From contig JAUZOF010000001.1 in NCBI GenBank assembly GCA_030706585.1, positions 5,424 to 69,423 of the forward strand: a DNA stretch of 64,000 nucleotides, read 5' to 3'. Under the pieces are notes generated by a model. The model did not search any database. It was not told where the DNA came from and was given only the letters and a program-made list of their open reading frames with translations. The position numbers were made by a program, and so were the translations under genes. Position 1 is the stretch's first letter; each line of letters begins with the position of its first letter. Origin of the DNA: Bacteroidota bacterium (GTDB lineage: Bacteria; Bacteroidota; Bacteroidia; Bacteroidales; UBA7332). Below are positions 29,691 through 38,491 of this stretch, one piece after another.

Positions 29691-29999
29691 ATGTTTGTTG
29701 AAAATAAAATTTTTGAAGCCTGGATGGGACGGATAATGGATCGGTTTGATATGTTGGAAAGCCGTATGACGAAGCAGGAAAAACCACGTCATAAGATTGA
29801 TGGTGAACTGCTGCTGGATAATCAGGATATGTGCCTGATGCTGAATATAAGCAAGCGGACGTTGCAACGGTATCGCAGCTCTGGGCGATTGCCTTTTAGG
29901 CGAATCGAGCAAAAGACTTACTATAAGGAATCCGATGTACATGCTTTTATACGGTTACATTTCGAAGGGAACAAGTCAAGAATTAAAATTGAGAAATAA
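29691..29999 (+). CDS. HTH_17 excisionase-like protein
   Basis: LLDNQDMCLMLNISKRTLQRYRS.G.LPF. Confidence 0.88.
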   Translation: MFVENKIFEAWMGRIMDRFDMLESRMTKQEKPRHKIDGELLLDNQDMCLMLNISKRTLQRYRSSGRLPFRRIEQKTYYKESDVHAFIRLHFEGNKSRIKIEK

Positions 30000-30078
30000 C
30001 AGAGAGGATTGGTTTCTAGTATAGTGAATATTTTTGTCTGGAGCCCATAGAGAACAGAAATTATATTTAAAAATAAAG

Positions 30079-30121
30079 AACCTCCGTATGAAGCGTATAT
30101 TCATAGCTTCTTACGGAGGTT
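30079..30121. terminator. Hairpin between convergent genes (bidirectional terminator)
   Basis: AACCTCCGTATGAAGC...GCTTCTTACGGAGGTT. Confidence 0.7.
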
Positions 30122-30140
30122 TTGGCTTGTAAAATACAGA

Positions 30141-30314
30141 TTATTTGCCTGCTTCAATAGATACTTTTCTGAACTCTTTCAATAGTTTCTCCAGTTCTAA
30201 AGATGCTTTACGAGCACGAGTACCGGCTGCTTTATTACTTTTTTCCACTTGCTGATCAGCATTGTCCGTAAAGACATTCATCTGTTCTTTGATCTTGCTT
30301 ACTAATTCTTCTAT
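30141..30314 (-). CDS. Histone H1-like (Hc1-family) small protein with ATA at the start position; absent from the ORF track
   Basis: Manual translation gives (I)EELVSKIKEQMNVFTDNADQQVEKSNKAAGTRARKASLELEKLLKEFRKVSIEAGK, with the NKAAGTRARK signature. Confidence 0.85.
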   Translation of the reverse strand: MEELVSKIKEQMNVFTDNADQQVEKSNKAAGTRARKASLELEKLLKEFRKVSIEAGK

Positions 30315-30404
30315 GTTAAGATTGTTTGATTTATGTAGACAAAGATAAGTAAAAATTCAAACTGCCTGAAAATACGTGGTTATTAAAGCTGTTTCTCTAC
30401 TAGA

Positions 30405-30551
30405 TTTTTAGCAAAGTTACAGGAAATCATCCACAAGTTACAAGGTCATGCACTACGTGTTTCGGACAACAATCTCCACCCTGTTGGGTTGTATTCTTGT
30501 CGAAAACCTTGCATGAAGTGGTTGCATTTCCTGTGGACGTGAAAGCAAAAA
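30405..30551. promoter_or_regulatory. Long imperfect hairpin upstream of radC (candidate ssDNA promoter)
   Basis: Nested pairings ACAGGAAAT/ATTTCCTGT, CAAGGT/ACCTTG, TTTCGGACAA/TTGTCGAAA, ACCC/GGGT. Confidence 0.65.
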
Positions 30552-30582
30552 ATTATTGTTTAACAATTAAACTTTGCTTATC

Positions 30583-31035
30583 ATGAAAATAGATTATTTC
30601 AAAATTCCGGAAATTAGCGTATCATATAAAGATACTGCAAAAACTACAGAGCGTTTTCAAATCAAATGTTCGGAAGACACTGTACAAATCTTCCGTATAG
30701 CTTTTGAGAATTGCATTCAGCACCATGAAGAAGCATACGTTATTTTCATGAACCGGGCTAACCGGGTATTGGGCATATCCAATATCTCCAAGTGTGGAGT
30801 TGGAAGTACGATGGTGGATATTAAAATCATTATGCAAACGGCGCTGAAAGCGCATGCTTCAGCAATCATCTTTTCGCATAACCACCCGTCTTCCATCCTT
30901 CAACCAAGCCTGGAAGACATCAAGATGACCAAGAAGTTAAAAGAAGCTTGTCAACTTTTGGATATTTCATTCCTCGATCATATTATCATGACTGAAGAGG
31001 ATCATTATAGTTTTGCAAATGAAGGGCTTTTGTAG
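30583..31035 (+). CDS. radC: RadC-like JAB-domain protein
   Basis: EEAYVIFMNRANRVLG, HNHPS, PS.EDI..T, LDHII. JAB-only form typical of mobile elements. Confidence 0.92.
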   Translation: MKIDYFKIPEISVSYKDTAKTTERFQIKCSEDTVQIFRIAFENCIQHHEEAYVIFMNRANRVLGISNISKCGVGSTMVDIKIIMQTALKAHASAIIFSHNHPSSILQPSLEDIKMTKKLKEACQLLDISFLDHIIMTEEDHYSFANEGLL

Positions 31036-31045
31036 CCCTTTTTTT
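31022..31045 (+). terminator. Terminator overlapping the radC stop
   Basis: AAGGGCT-TTTGT-AGCCCTT followed by a T-run. Confidence 0.75.
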
Positions 31046-31181
31046 GTCAACACAAGAAATTTACCCTTCAATAATGCAGGTATCGCAAAGTGCTTGTGTC
31101 ATGATCCGGATATAAAAATCCGAAATTCATATTCGGTAAAAATCACATACTTTAACATTAAGACTTTAGACATATAAACAC

Positions 31182-31305
31182 TATCTTTGTAGCGACCTAA
31201 CAGGCTTATTAAAGGCTTATGGATAGGCTTGTTATGCGGCATAATTTCAGAAAATAAGGCTAAAAGGGTCTCTTCTTTGGAGTCTCTTTTAGCTTCTTAT
31301 TTTTT
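31182..31305 (+). ncRNA. Candidate small RNA or mini-ORF unit bounded by a promoter and a terminator
   Basis: TATCTTTG -7 box at 31182 and a strong hairpin plus T-tail at 31253-31305; only a 12-codon ORF inside. Confidence 0.45.
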
Positions 31306-31517
31306 AGATGTTTTACACCTGAAAGATCTTTTCCCGGTTTTTATGAGCAATCACTTCGGATGCATTTTCAGTGCAGGGGCAGAGCGGCAGAGTATTGCTT
31401 TCATAATCACAATAGAGTGTGATTTATAACTCTTAGAAAGGCAAAAATGATATAATTGAGCATGAAATCCCATTATATTGTGATGGTCTAAAAACAAGAA
31501 ATGTCTTATTAGGCGAT

Positions 31518-32801
31518 TTACTCAATCCCATATAGAGGTATATTGGTCATCCACGATTCTTCCATGTAGTCAGACAAGGAGGTTCGCAGTGCCTTAGAGG
31601 GCATGTATTTCTCACAAAACAACTTAAAACTTTTGGCTTTCAAATTTTCTCCTGATTTTACTTCTATCGGGATTACATCTCCTGCTTGCTGAATGACAAA
31701 ATCAACTTCCGAGGTACTACGTTCATTGGTCCAATACCCAATGTATCTTTCGCTGTCCAACCGCAATTGTTGCATGACATATTGTTCTGTAAGCGCGCCT
31801 TTGAACTCGGAGAATATCTCATCTCCTTCGATAATTGTCTTTACATTCAGTCCAGCCATAGCTCCGAGTAACCCAACATCATGTAGAAACAATTTGAATA
31901 CAGATAAATCCTGATAAGCAGAGAGAGGGATGCCCGGTTTTGATACTCTGTGACTTTTTAATAGTAATCCGCAATCGACTAACCATTGTATTGCCAATTC
32001 AAATTCTTTGGCACGAGCACCTTCTTTGATGACTCCATACACGAATTTCTTATTTTCTTTGGCCAATTGAGAGGGAATGCTCTGCCATATCATCCGAATG
32101 CGGGGCACAACTTCATTGGGAGCATGTTTTGAGAAATCGCCTTCGTAAGAATTTAAAATCCTGTTTTGAATACGCCGGACCAGTTGCCAGTCACGTGTTT
32201 GAACGAAGGCATCAACAACTTCCGGCATCCCGCCTACGAAAAAATAATACCGGAGATATTCTTTGAGCTTTTCACCGAAAATAGAAACTACACTCCAGTT
32301 CCGGGTTTTCAATGCTTCAACCAATTCCGCTTCATTCAACGATAATAAGAACTCAGAAAAGGATAGGGGGCGTAGGTCCATGAAATCAACTTTGCCCACA
32401 GGGAAAGAAATTTGACTATGCAAACCCATACCTAAAAGCGATCCTGCTGCAATGATATGGTATTGAGGTGCATTTTCGCAAAAATATTTAAGCGAAGTAA
32501 TTCCTCTTTCTGCAGACTGGATTTCATCAAAAACAATGAGGGTGTCTTCCGGTGTGATTGTCGTTTGAGACTGTATTTGAAGTATGGTTATTATCCGTTG
32601 GATATCAAAATCATGCAAAAAGATATTTTGCAATGCAGGAACCTCTTCAAAGTTGACATAGACAAGTTTAGAGAATGAAGTGCGGCCAAATTCCTGTAAA
32701 AGCCATGTCTTCCCAACCTGACGTGCCCCCCTGACGATAAGTGGTTTGCGGAACTTATCTTCTTTCCATTTCTTTAATTCGTTGATTTTTTCGCGATACA
32801 T
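31518..32801 (-). CDS. AAA_14/DUF4143 ATPase with C-terminal nuclease-like motif
   Basis: GARQVGKT, FDEIQ, AAGSLLG, GGMPE, EVDFV...PIEVKSG. Confidence 0.92.
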   Translation of the reverse strand: MYREKINELKKWKEDKFRKPLIVRGARQVGKTWLLQEFGRTSFSKLVYVNFEEVPALQNIFLHDFDIQRIITILQIQSQTTITPEDTLIVFDEIQSAERGITSLKYFCENAPQYHIIAAGSLLGMGLHSQISFPVGKVDFMDLRPLSFSEFLLSLNEAELVEALKTRNWSVVSIFGEKLKEYLRYYFFVGGMPEVVDAFVQTRDWQLVRRIQNRILNSYEGDFSKHAPNEVVPRIRMIWQSIPSQLAKENKKFVYGVIKEGARAKEFELAIQWLVDCGLLLKSHRVSKPGIPLSAYQDLSVFKLFLHDVGLLGAMAGLNVKTIIEGDEIFSEFKGALTEQYVMQQLRLDSERYIGYWTNERSTSEVDFVIQQAGDVIPIEVKSGENLKAKSFKLFCEKYMPSKALRTSLSDYMEESWMTNIPLYGIE

Positions 32802-33188
32802 GACCTTTTGAGTTATATTTGCTGCAAATATACATTTTTATCAATGAAAAAATGTGTTTATAATACATTTTTATCAAGATATAATTTTATGTTGAATTTG
32901 GAATGGCCTGCGACACTCTTGGCGCTACCGTTCCAATTTTCGTATACTTCTTATGCCACGCTGCGCCGGGCATGAAGGCACGGAGTGTCACGTTCACAGC
33001 CAAAAAAGTCTTGGTGCTAAATGACAAGCGTACCTGCTTCGCGTACCCTTGCCATTAGTGCAGTTGCTTTCTGCACATTCTTCATGCCAGCATCCATAAT
33101 GCTGTATAACTTACGTTTCAAACAAGATTTTTGTTCCATTTTCTTTCATCCTTCCCCTTTCGGACTATAATACGTCCGGTGTCTGTGT

Positions 33189-33352
33189 TTGTGTCATACG
33201 GCAAAGGTGTTTGCAGGTGCTTAACGGACTGGACAAGTTCAAGCTTTCCGGTTTTGACGGAAAATCTTCCTCATTCCCGTTGCCGAGTGAGCGTATTTGT
33301 CCATCAAAAACTTGCCTGTCCTGCTCCCTTCACCTTGCTTGCCTATGAACAA
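33189..33352. promoter_or_regulatory. Second long imperfect hairpin, homologous to 30405-30551
   Basis: TTGTGTCATACGGCAA/TTGCCTATGAACAA, GCAGGTG/CACCTTGC, TTTTGACGGAAAAT/ATTTGTCCATCAAAA, CTCATTC/GAGTGAG. Confidence 0.65.
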
Positions 33353-33369
33353 AACGACCGACCCGACCG

Positions 33370-33669
33370 ATGACGCATATAAAAAAAGTCAGCATGAAGC
33401 ATAACGGAAAGCAAATAACGAAAACAAAACTCCCTCTACTCACGAATCAACATATTATCAGGAAATGGATGATTGTGGCAGGGTTATTGGCGCTAGCTAG
33501 GTTGTTGTTGATGGCTAGCTGGATGGTGATGCAGTGTGAACTAAGAACTGTTCTGGCTGTTTTTATGGGATGGTTGTTGTTGCGCTCTCTGTTGCGTCTG
33601 GCATGCCAGATTCTTATGACGATCCTGTTCCTCATTCTGCTTACTTTGATATTGGGTTTAATCATTTAA
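33370..33669 (+). CDS. Small hydrophobic membrane protein of unknown function
   Basis: Basic N-terminus and three hydrophobic segments; start uncertain. Confidence 0.55.
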   Translation: MTHIKKVSMKHNGKQITKTKLPLLTNQHIIRKWMIVAGLLALARLLLMASWMVMQCELRTVLAVFMGWLLLRSLLRLACQILMTILFLILLTLILGLII

Positions 33670-33680
33670 TAGTTCAAATT

Positions 33681-34010
33681 ATGGAACAATTAGCAATCAA
33701 ATTTGTACCGTGGGAGGTTCCCGCATTGGAAGACTTAAAGGATTCGACAGCCTACAGGCTTCGGCAAAAACTGAATGAAGGCGGTCGGTTAAGCCGCGAA
33801 GAGAAGAATTGGATAACAGAACAGGTAAATCGGAATAGTTATTTCAAAAGCTCAGTGCCCGTAATGGGATACCGTTTTGATTTTTCAGATGTCTTGAGAA
33901 CTTTTATCGTGAATCAATATGGACACTATCAGCGGTACAATGCTACAGATAAAACCGGTTTAATAACTATGCTGCAGGGACGTGTCGATAAGATTATCGA
34001 ATCTGTTTAG
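33681..34010 (+). CDS. ICE hypothetical protein
   Basis: ATG at 33681 after an AT-rich leader; MEQLAIKFVPWEVP... resembles ORFs found beside tra operons in Bacteroidales ICEs (from recall). Confidence 0.7.
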   Translation: MEQLAIKFVPWEVPALEDLKDSTAYRLRQKLNEGGRLSREEKNWITEQVNRNSYFKSSVPVMGYRFDFSDVLRTFIVNQYGHYQRYNATDKTGLITMLQGRVDKIIESV

Positions 34011-34161
34011 CCCATCAGACTCTTCTTAAATGGGTTTTAGTTATTCGCTACACAAGAAAGTACACTATAGATATAGCCACGAATTGATATCTAAATAGTT
34101 TGTCCCATGTCTTTTATTGTTATTATACTTTCGTATAGTTGAAAAGATAGGAATCAAAATG

Positions 34162-34197
34162 AAAAAGGAAGCCTCCAAATTAAAATCAGAGGCTTCC
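34162..34197 (-). terminator. Terminator of the tra operon
   Basis: GGAAGCCTC/GAGGCTTCC stem with a U-tail on the minus strand, downstream of traQ. Confidence 0.75.
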
Positions 34198-34230
34198 CAG
34201 GTGAAAAAATAAGTGCTGTTTATTCTGTCT

Positions 34231-34653
34231 TTATTGCTTGTTGGCAAAGGATAGGGTGTATTCCATTTTCTGCCCAAAATTATCTTCAAATACAAAATCC
34301 AGTTGTTGCTGATCCTCACACTGGCTGGTATAGTGCAGCACAAAGTTATCGGCCGTAATTGACCGGAACCGGTTCATCGGTATCACTTCCCCGACACTGT
34401 CCGTCAGATTTCCTTCGCCGGAGGACTGGAAGTATCGAAACTTATATGTTGCCCCGGAGTAGTGTCCTTCCCGCAGAACAGAAAATTCCAGATCGACCGA
34501 TTCTCCTTTTTTCAGGCTTTTGGGAAGCGGCAACGTCTCCACGCTAAAAGCATACTCTTTTTTAATATCCAAATGATCACTACAGCTGCTACAGGCACAT
34601 GCCACTGCCATCAGCAGTAGCACTAAAAAAATATCAGTTGCAAAACGTTTCAT
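34231..34653 (-). CDS. traQ: Conjugative transposon lipoprotein TraQ (DUF3872)
   Basis: SC.DHLDI...Y.F.VET.P.PK, RYFQ..G.G, F.LHYTS, FEDNFGQ. Confidence 0.9.
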   Translation of the reverse strand: MKRFATDIFLVLLLMAVACACSSCSDHLDIKKEYAFSVETLPLPKSLKKGESVDLEFSVLREGHYSGATYKFRYFQSSGEGNLTDSVGEVIPMNRFRSITADNFVLHYTSQCEDQQQLDFVFEDNFGQKMEYTLSFANKQ

Positions 34654-34672
34654 AGTTGATGTATGATATGGG

Positions 34673-35254
34673 TTAATAATAGAGACGGATTCCCATCCCG
34701 ATTTGTGTGTGGAACTTTCCGACAGTAGACCCTGTCAGCATCCGTTCCCGGACATTGAACAACAGGGAGAGGTAATCCGTTGTGAAAAATTCCGATTCAA
34801 AGGTTAGAGTTCCGCCATAAATGAATGCATCCTTGTTTTGGATCAAGGCTCCATCGGCAAGCAATTTTTTGTCCCAGTTGATGGTTTCAAAACCGGCCAA
34901 GGCCGAGAGGCCAACGGAACAGAAGAGGGTCTTGCTATTATCTGAGAGAACATTCAGGAAATACCCTGCTTCACCGGTAAATTGGGCCTGTGGTATATGC
35001 ATCAGCCCGTACGTGTGTTGTTTTTGCAGGTATTCTCCGCCCAACAACCAGTGGTTGCCACCTTTGGTGTAACTGGTCAATGCCAACCCACTGTGGAATC
35101 CGAACCCGTCACTTTGGGTATTTAGGTTCAATCCGTCCACTAAACCGGCTGTTAGTTGGATTCCCTTTTGTGAAGGCAGGTGACGCTGTCCCCATGCCTG
35201 AGAAGAAACCGTTAGACTTATAATTACGGCCATTATTAAAGCTGTCCGTTGCAT
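34673..35254 (-). CDS. traO: TraO outer-membrane protein
   Basis: QRHLP.QKGIQ, GGEYLQK, IP.AQFTGE.GY, GFETINW; position after traN. Confidence 0.92.
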   Translation of the reverse strand: MQRTALIMAVIISLTVSSQAWGQRHLPSQKGIQLTAGLVDGLNLNTQSDGFGFHSGLALTSYTKGGNHWLLGGEYLQKQHTYGLMHIPQAQFTGEAGYFLNVLSDNSKTLFCSVGLSALAGFETINWDKKLLADGALIQNKDAFIYGGTLTFESEFFTTDYLSLLFNVRERMLTGSTVGKFHTQIGMGIRLYY

Positions 35255-35255
35255 T

Positions 35256-36176
35256 TCATTTTATTTTTAGTTCATTAATGGATTGAGCCCTGACAATATC
35301 ATTATTGTCGATTACAAAGCTTTGGTGGCGCCCCCCGTTTTTCTCGAAGAGCTCCACAACCAATTGTTTGTCATCGGGGATGGTAAATTGCTTCATGGCA
35401 AAGACCGACCGTTCTGAAATTCCACCCTGCACCTGTGTTGTGAAATGGTATGCCCGCAGCGGCTCCATCACCGTTTCCTGTATGGCCGTCCGTTTTGCGA
35501 TCTTCTTATCGATAACCTTCCACCGGATAAAGTCCACTTCAAAGGGAACATTCGAGCTGTTTTTGATTTGTGTATGGAAGTACAACATGCCGTCATACGT
35601 GTAAATACCTTTGAGCAGGTATTGAATGCCGAACCGTTTGCTCCCGATATGTTTCACCTTACGTCTGTTTTCCTGATAAATGGATTTCATAATCAGGTGA
35701 ACCAGTTTCGGGGATTGATTGCCAAGTTCAGTCAGATAAACATCCATGGAGTTGTTGGGTCGGTTTACAGCCTCCTCGTCATGAACAAAGTCCTTCATTT
35801 CCACGTTGAGCTTTTGGGGTTCGTCGGCATATTTCACATTGAAGGTATAGAAACTGCCTTCCTCTGTGATGACAGAAAAATTGGTCTCCGCCTCAAAACC
35901 TTTGACGGCGGCTTTCACCCGGACGACATTTTCCGATCCGTCCGCTTTGCCGGCTATGATGTTGGAGGAACCCAGGTCGATATACTTTACCGCCGATGGG
36001 AAGATAATGTGTACTGTTTTGTCAAAGGCGACTTCGAGCCCATAAGGGGGAATCATCCGGTCGTACATGATTTTGCGGGTCATGCCCTGATAAAGGTCAC
36101 CTGTTGATGGCTGCGTTTGCGCATTGGCAGAAAATAGGGTTGCTGAGATAACAACACATATGATAATACGGTTCAT
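35256..36176 (-). CDS. traN: TraN (VirB9-like)
   Basis: DKTVHIIFPS.V.YIDLGS, ENVVRVKAA, EKNGGRHQ. Confidence 0.95.
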   Translation of the reverse strand: MNRIIICVVISATLFSANAQTQPSTGDLYQGMTRKIMYDRMIPPYGLEVAFDKTVHIIFPSAVKYIDLGSSNIIAGKADGSENVVRVKAAVKGFEAETNFSVITEEGSFYTFNVKYADEPQKLNVEMKDFVHDEEAVNRPNNSMDVYLTELGNQSPKLVHLIMKSIYQENRRKVKHIGSKRFGIQYLLKGIYTYDGMLYFHTQIKNSSNVPFEVDFIRWKVIDKKIAKRTAIQETVMEPLRAYHFTTQVQGGISERSVFAMKQFTIPDDKQLVVELFEKNGGRHQSFVIDNNDIVRAQSINELKIK

Positions 36177-36198
36177 ACTGTAAGAAAGAAATTAGAGG

Positions 36199-37527
36199 TT
36201 ATTGAATTGAGTTTTGTTTGTCATTGGGAAGCAGCAAGACCTGGTATCCTGCTTTCAGGTTGATTTTTACCTCCCGTAGCTTTTTGGATACCAATTGCGA
36301 GGCTCCCTGAATCAGGCTACGTCCCATATCGGCTGCCAGCTGTTGCCCGGCATTGCCCGCCAGACTGATGCTGGTTCCGGTACTGGTTCCCATGTTGGCC
36401 ACCACTTCTTTGGCCGCATTCACCTCCACCGTGTTGGGAATGGAAATGCCTTGTTGCCCGTCGGTGTCGTAAACGGACAGTTCGACCGGAAGGATGGAAC
36501 CTTCGTATTCCAGCGAACTGACCGTGATGTCCAACCGTTCCTCCTGTACTTTTGCGACACCTGTGATAATAGCATTCCGGGGAATTACCATACTGCCGAC
36601 CTTCATTGAACCCAATAGGCGCAAACGCACGCTTTGCCCGTTCATCACCGTTTGGTTGTTGTGGATGCAGGCGTCGATGGTGTTTTTTGTATCCTGCGAC
36701 ACGGTGGATGTGGGCGTCAGAAATCCGGTGTTCCGGGCTTGACCGGAAGATGTTGCACCTGCCGGTGGTTGTAGGGAAGAAACCGTTTGCGATACGGCCT
36801 GCGACACCGGAATAACACGGGCTTTACCAGTGCCATTCCGGGTAGATGCTTGGACATTTGTAGTTGCTGAAGTGTTCGGTTGTCCCTGCACTTGCGGCAT
36901 GTATTTGGCCGCCATCTGGTAGGATTTTTCCATTAGTGACATCTGGTCATCCATGTTGCTTTTCCGGTTCTCATTCTCGGAAAGCCTGACCTTGGCTTCT
37001 TCCAGTTCTTTTACCAACCGTTCTTTTTCGGAATCTTTCCCGGGGCTCTCGTAAAATGTGTTCAGTGTACGGTTGATATTCCTGTATACGTGAGCTGAAT
37101 TCTGAATAGAAGAATGAGAGGACGTAAAATTCCGGTTTGGATTTCCACCTATTATACCGGAAGTCCCGTTTCCTGCCGGAGAAATTGCCCGGTTAGACCT
37201 GTTTTTCCCATCTTGTCCCAATAGAGCTGCAAAATCTTGTAAGGAGCGTACTTTTTCCTGTTGCTTTTGACTGTTTTGCTCCTGTTCATAGGCCACTTTC
37301 TTATCCTTGACAATCCCTTGTTCTTTGGGAAGCGGCAGGTCAGGGTTAAACCCATGGGAAGAAGCATCCTTTCCTTTTTTACCGCTCGAAGGGGAAAAGA
37401 TCAGCCAGATACAAGCGGAGAAGACCACAAAGAGCAATGCAAAGACTGCATATTTCTTAACCTTCTGCTTTTGTAAGGAAGTAAGCTTTTGCATGCTTCC
37501 AGCCAGGGGAAGATTATTTTCTTTCAT
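36199..37527 (-). CDS. traM: TraM (VirB10-like)
   Basis: N-terminal TM, LMEKSYQMAAKYMP, GQSVRLRLL, YDTDGQQGI, LKAGY. Confidence 0.95.
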   Translation of the reverse strand: MKENNLPLAGSMQKLTSLQKQKVKKYAVFALLFVVFSACIWLIFSPSSGKKGKDASSHGFNPDLPLPKEQGIVKDKKVAYEQEQNSQKQQEKVRSLQDFAALLGQDGKNRSNRAISPAGNGTSGIIGGNPNRNFTSSHSSIQNSAHVYRNINRTLNTFYESPGKDSEKERLVKELEEAKVRLSENENRKSNMDDQMSLMEKSYQMAAKYMPQVQGQPNTSATTNVQASTRNGTGKARVIPVSQAVSQTVSSLQPPAGATSSGQARNTGFLTPTSTVSQDTKNTIDACIHNNQTVMNGQSVRLRLLGSMKVGSMVIPRNAIITGVAKVQEERLDITVSSLEYEGSILPVELSVYDTDGQQGISIPNTVEVNAAKEVVANMGTSTGTSISLAGNAGQQLAADMGRSLIQGASQLVSKKLREVKINLKAGYQVLLLPNDKQNSIQ

Positions 37528-37846
37528 ACATTGGTTGGTTTAATTGATTGTTAATGATATCCTTCGATGATGAACCAACGTGCGTTCCGGGAACAATTTT
37601 AAGTTGTTGGATGTGTTGGATACTCATACTGCCTGTTTCGGCATTGCCATATTGTATGCAGGCGTCCCTCCACCCGATATTGTAAATGGAGCTGATGGTG
37701 ATATAAAGGGAAATGGTTCCAAATACGGCTATCATGATAATTACCGTAGTCACTCTTTTGTCCGGGGACAGTGCTCCACACATACGCTGTAGCCCATCAT
37801 CCATTGCATTTCGGATGCGGGCAACTGTTTGTTTGATTTTATACAT
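37514..37846 (-). CDS. traL: TraL
   Basis: L..MC..LSPDKR followed by a TM and IQHI; lies between traK and traM. Confidence 0.8.
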   Translation of the reverse strand: MYKIKQTVARIRNAMDDGLQRMCGALSPDKRVTTVIIMIAVFGTISLYITISSIYNIGWRDACIQYGNAETGSMSIQHIQQLKIVPGTHVGSSSKDIINNQLNQPMYERK

Positions 37847-37858
37847 CTCTTCTCGTGT

Positions 37859-38482
37859 TTAGCGGTCAATAACTTTGATGTCTTTATTTTCAACTACCTC
37901 AAATTTCTCCATCGTGAAGCCGTGTGGATTGTTATCCGAACGGACCGAGTTGATCAGATGGCAACGGGTAATGAGGCTCCTGACTGTGATATTGCTTTCG
38001 CGGATAATCATTTGCCGGGCATACGTTACAACACGGTAAGGATAGCTGTTGAAGTCACAGGCCAGGCTGTCGATAGTGACAGTCTGGTTGACATTACCGG
38101 AAATGATCCGGTTATAGTACCCTTTCTCGGTCAGATCCTTGTAATAGCTGAAAGCGCTTTTGTCCACCAGAAACAAGGCCCGTTGGATACTGCTTTCGAT
38201 AGCATCCTTATCGGGAGAAAGAGTAAAGAACAGCTCGTGAAAACGCTTGACATGATCGCGGGCTTCCACCGGCCGGTTTTGTGACAAATCCTGGGAAAGG
38301 GCAAGCATCAGGGATTTACCCCCGTCCAGCACGTAGATCTTTTGCCGTTGAGCCTCTGCAAATTTGTAAGAGCTCCACAAAGCGTACCCCACAATTCCAG
38401 TACAAAGGCAGACGAAGACAATTCCGAAAGAACGAATTTGCCTGAATGAGCTTTCGATGTTTTTTAATGATTTGAATTCCAT
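37859..38482 (-). CDS. traK: TraK (VirB8-like)
   Basis: MEFKSLKNIESSF, FHELFFTLSPD, RSDNNPHGF. Confidence 0.96.
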   Translation of the reverse strand: MEFKSLKNIESSFRQIRSFGIVFVCLCTGIVGYALWSSYKFAEAQRQKIYVLDGGKSLMLALSQDLSQNRPVEARDHVKRFHELFFTLSPDKDAIESSIQRALFLVDKSAFSYYKDLTEKGYYNRIISGNVNQTVTIDSLACDFNSYPYRVVTYARQMIIRESNITVRSLITRCHLINSVRSDNNPHGFTMEKFEVVENKDIKVIDR

Positions 38483-38491
38483 TGTTGATTC

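Noticed and set aside
35445-36107. 220-aa antisense ORF, and similar ones at 47247-47879 and 49176-49616
   Set aside because: These are shadow frames opposite well-conserved tra genes and have no recognisable motifs.
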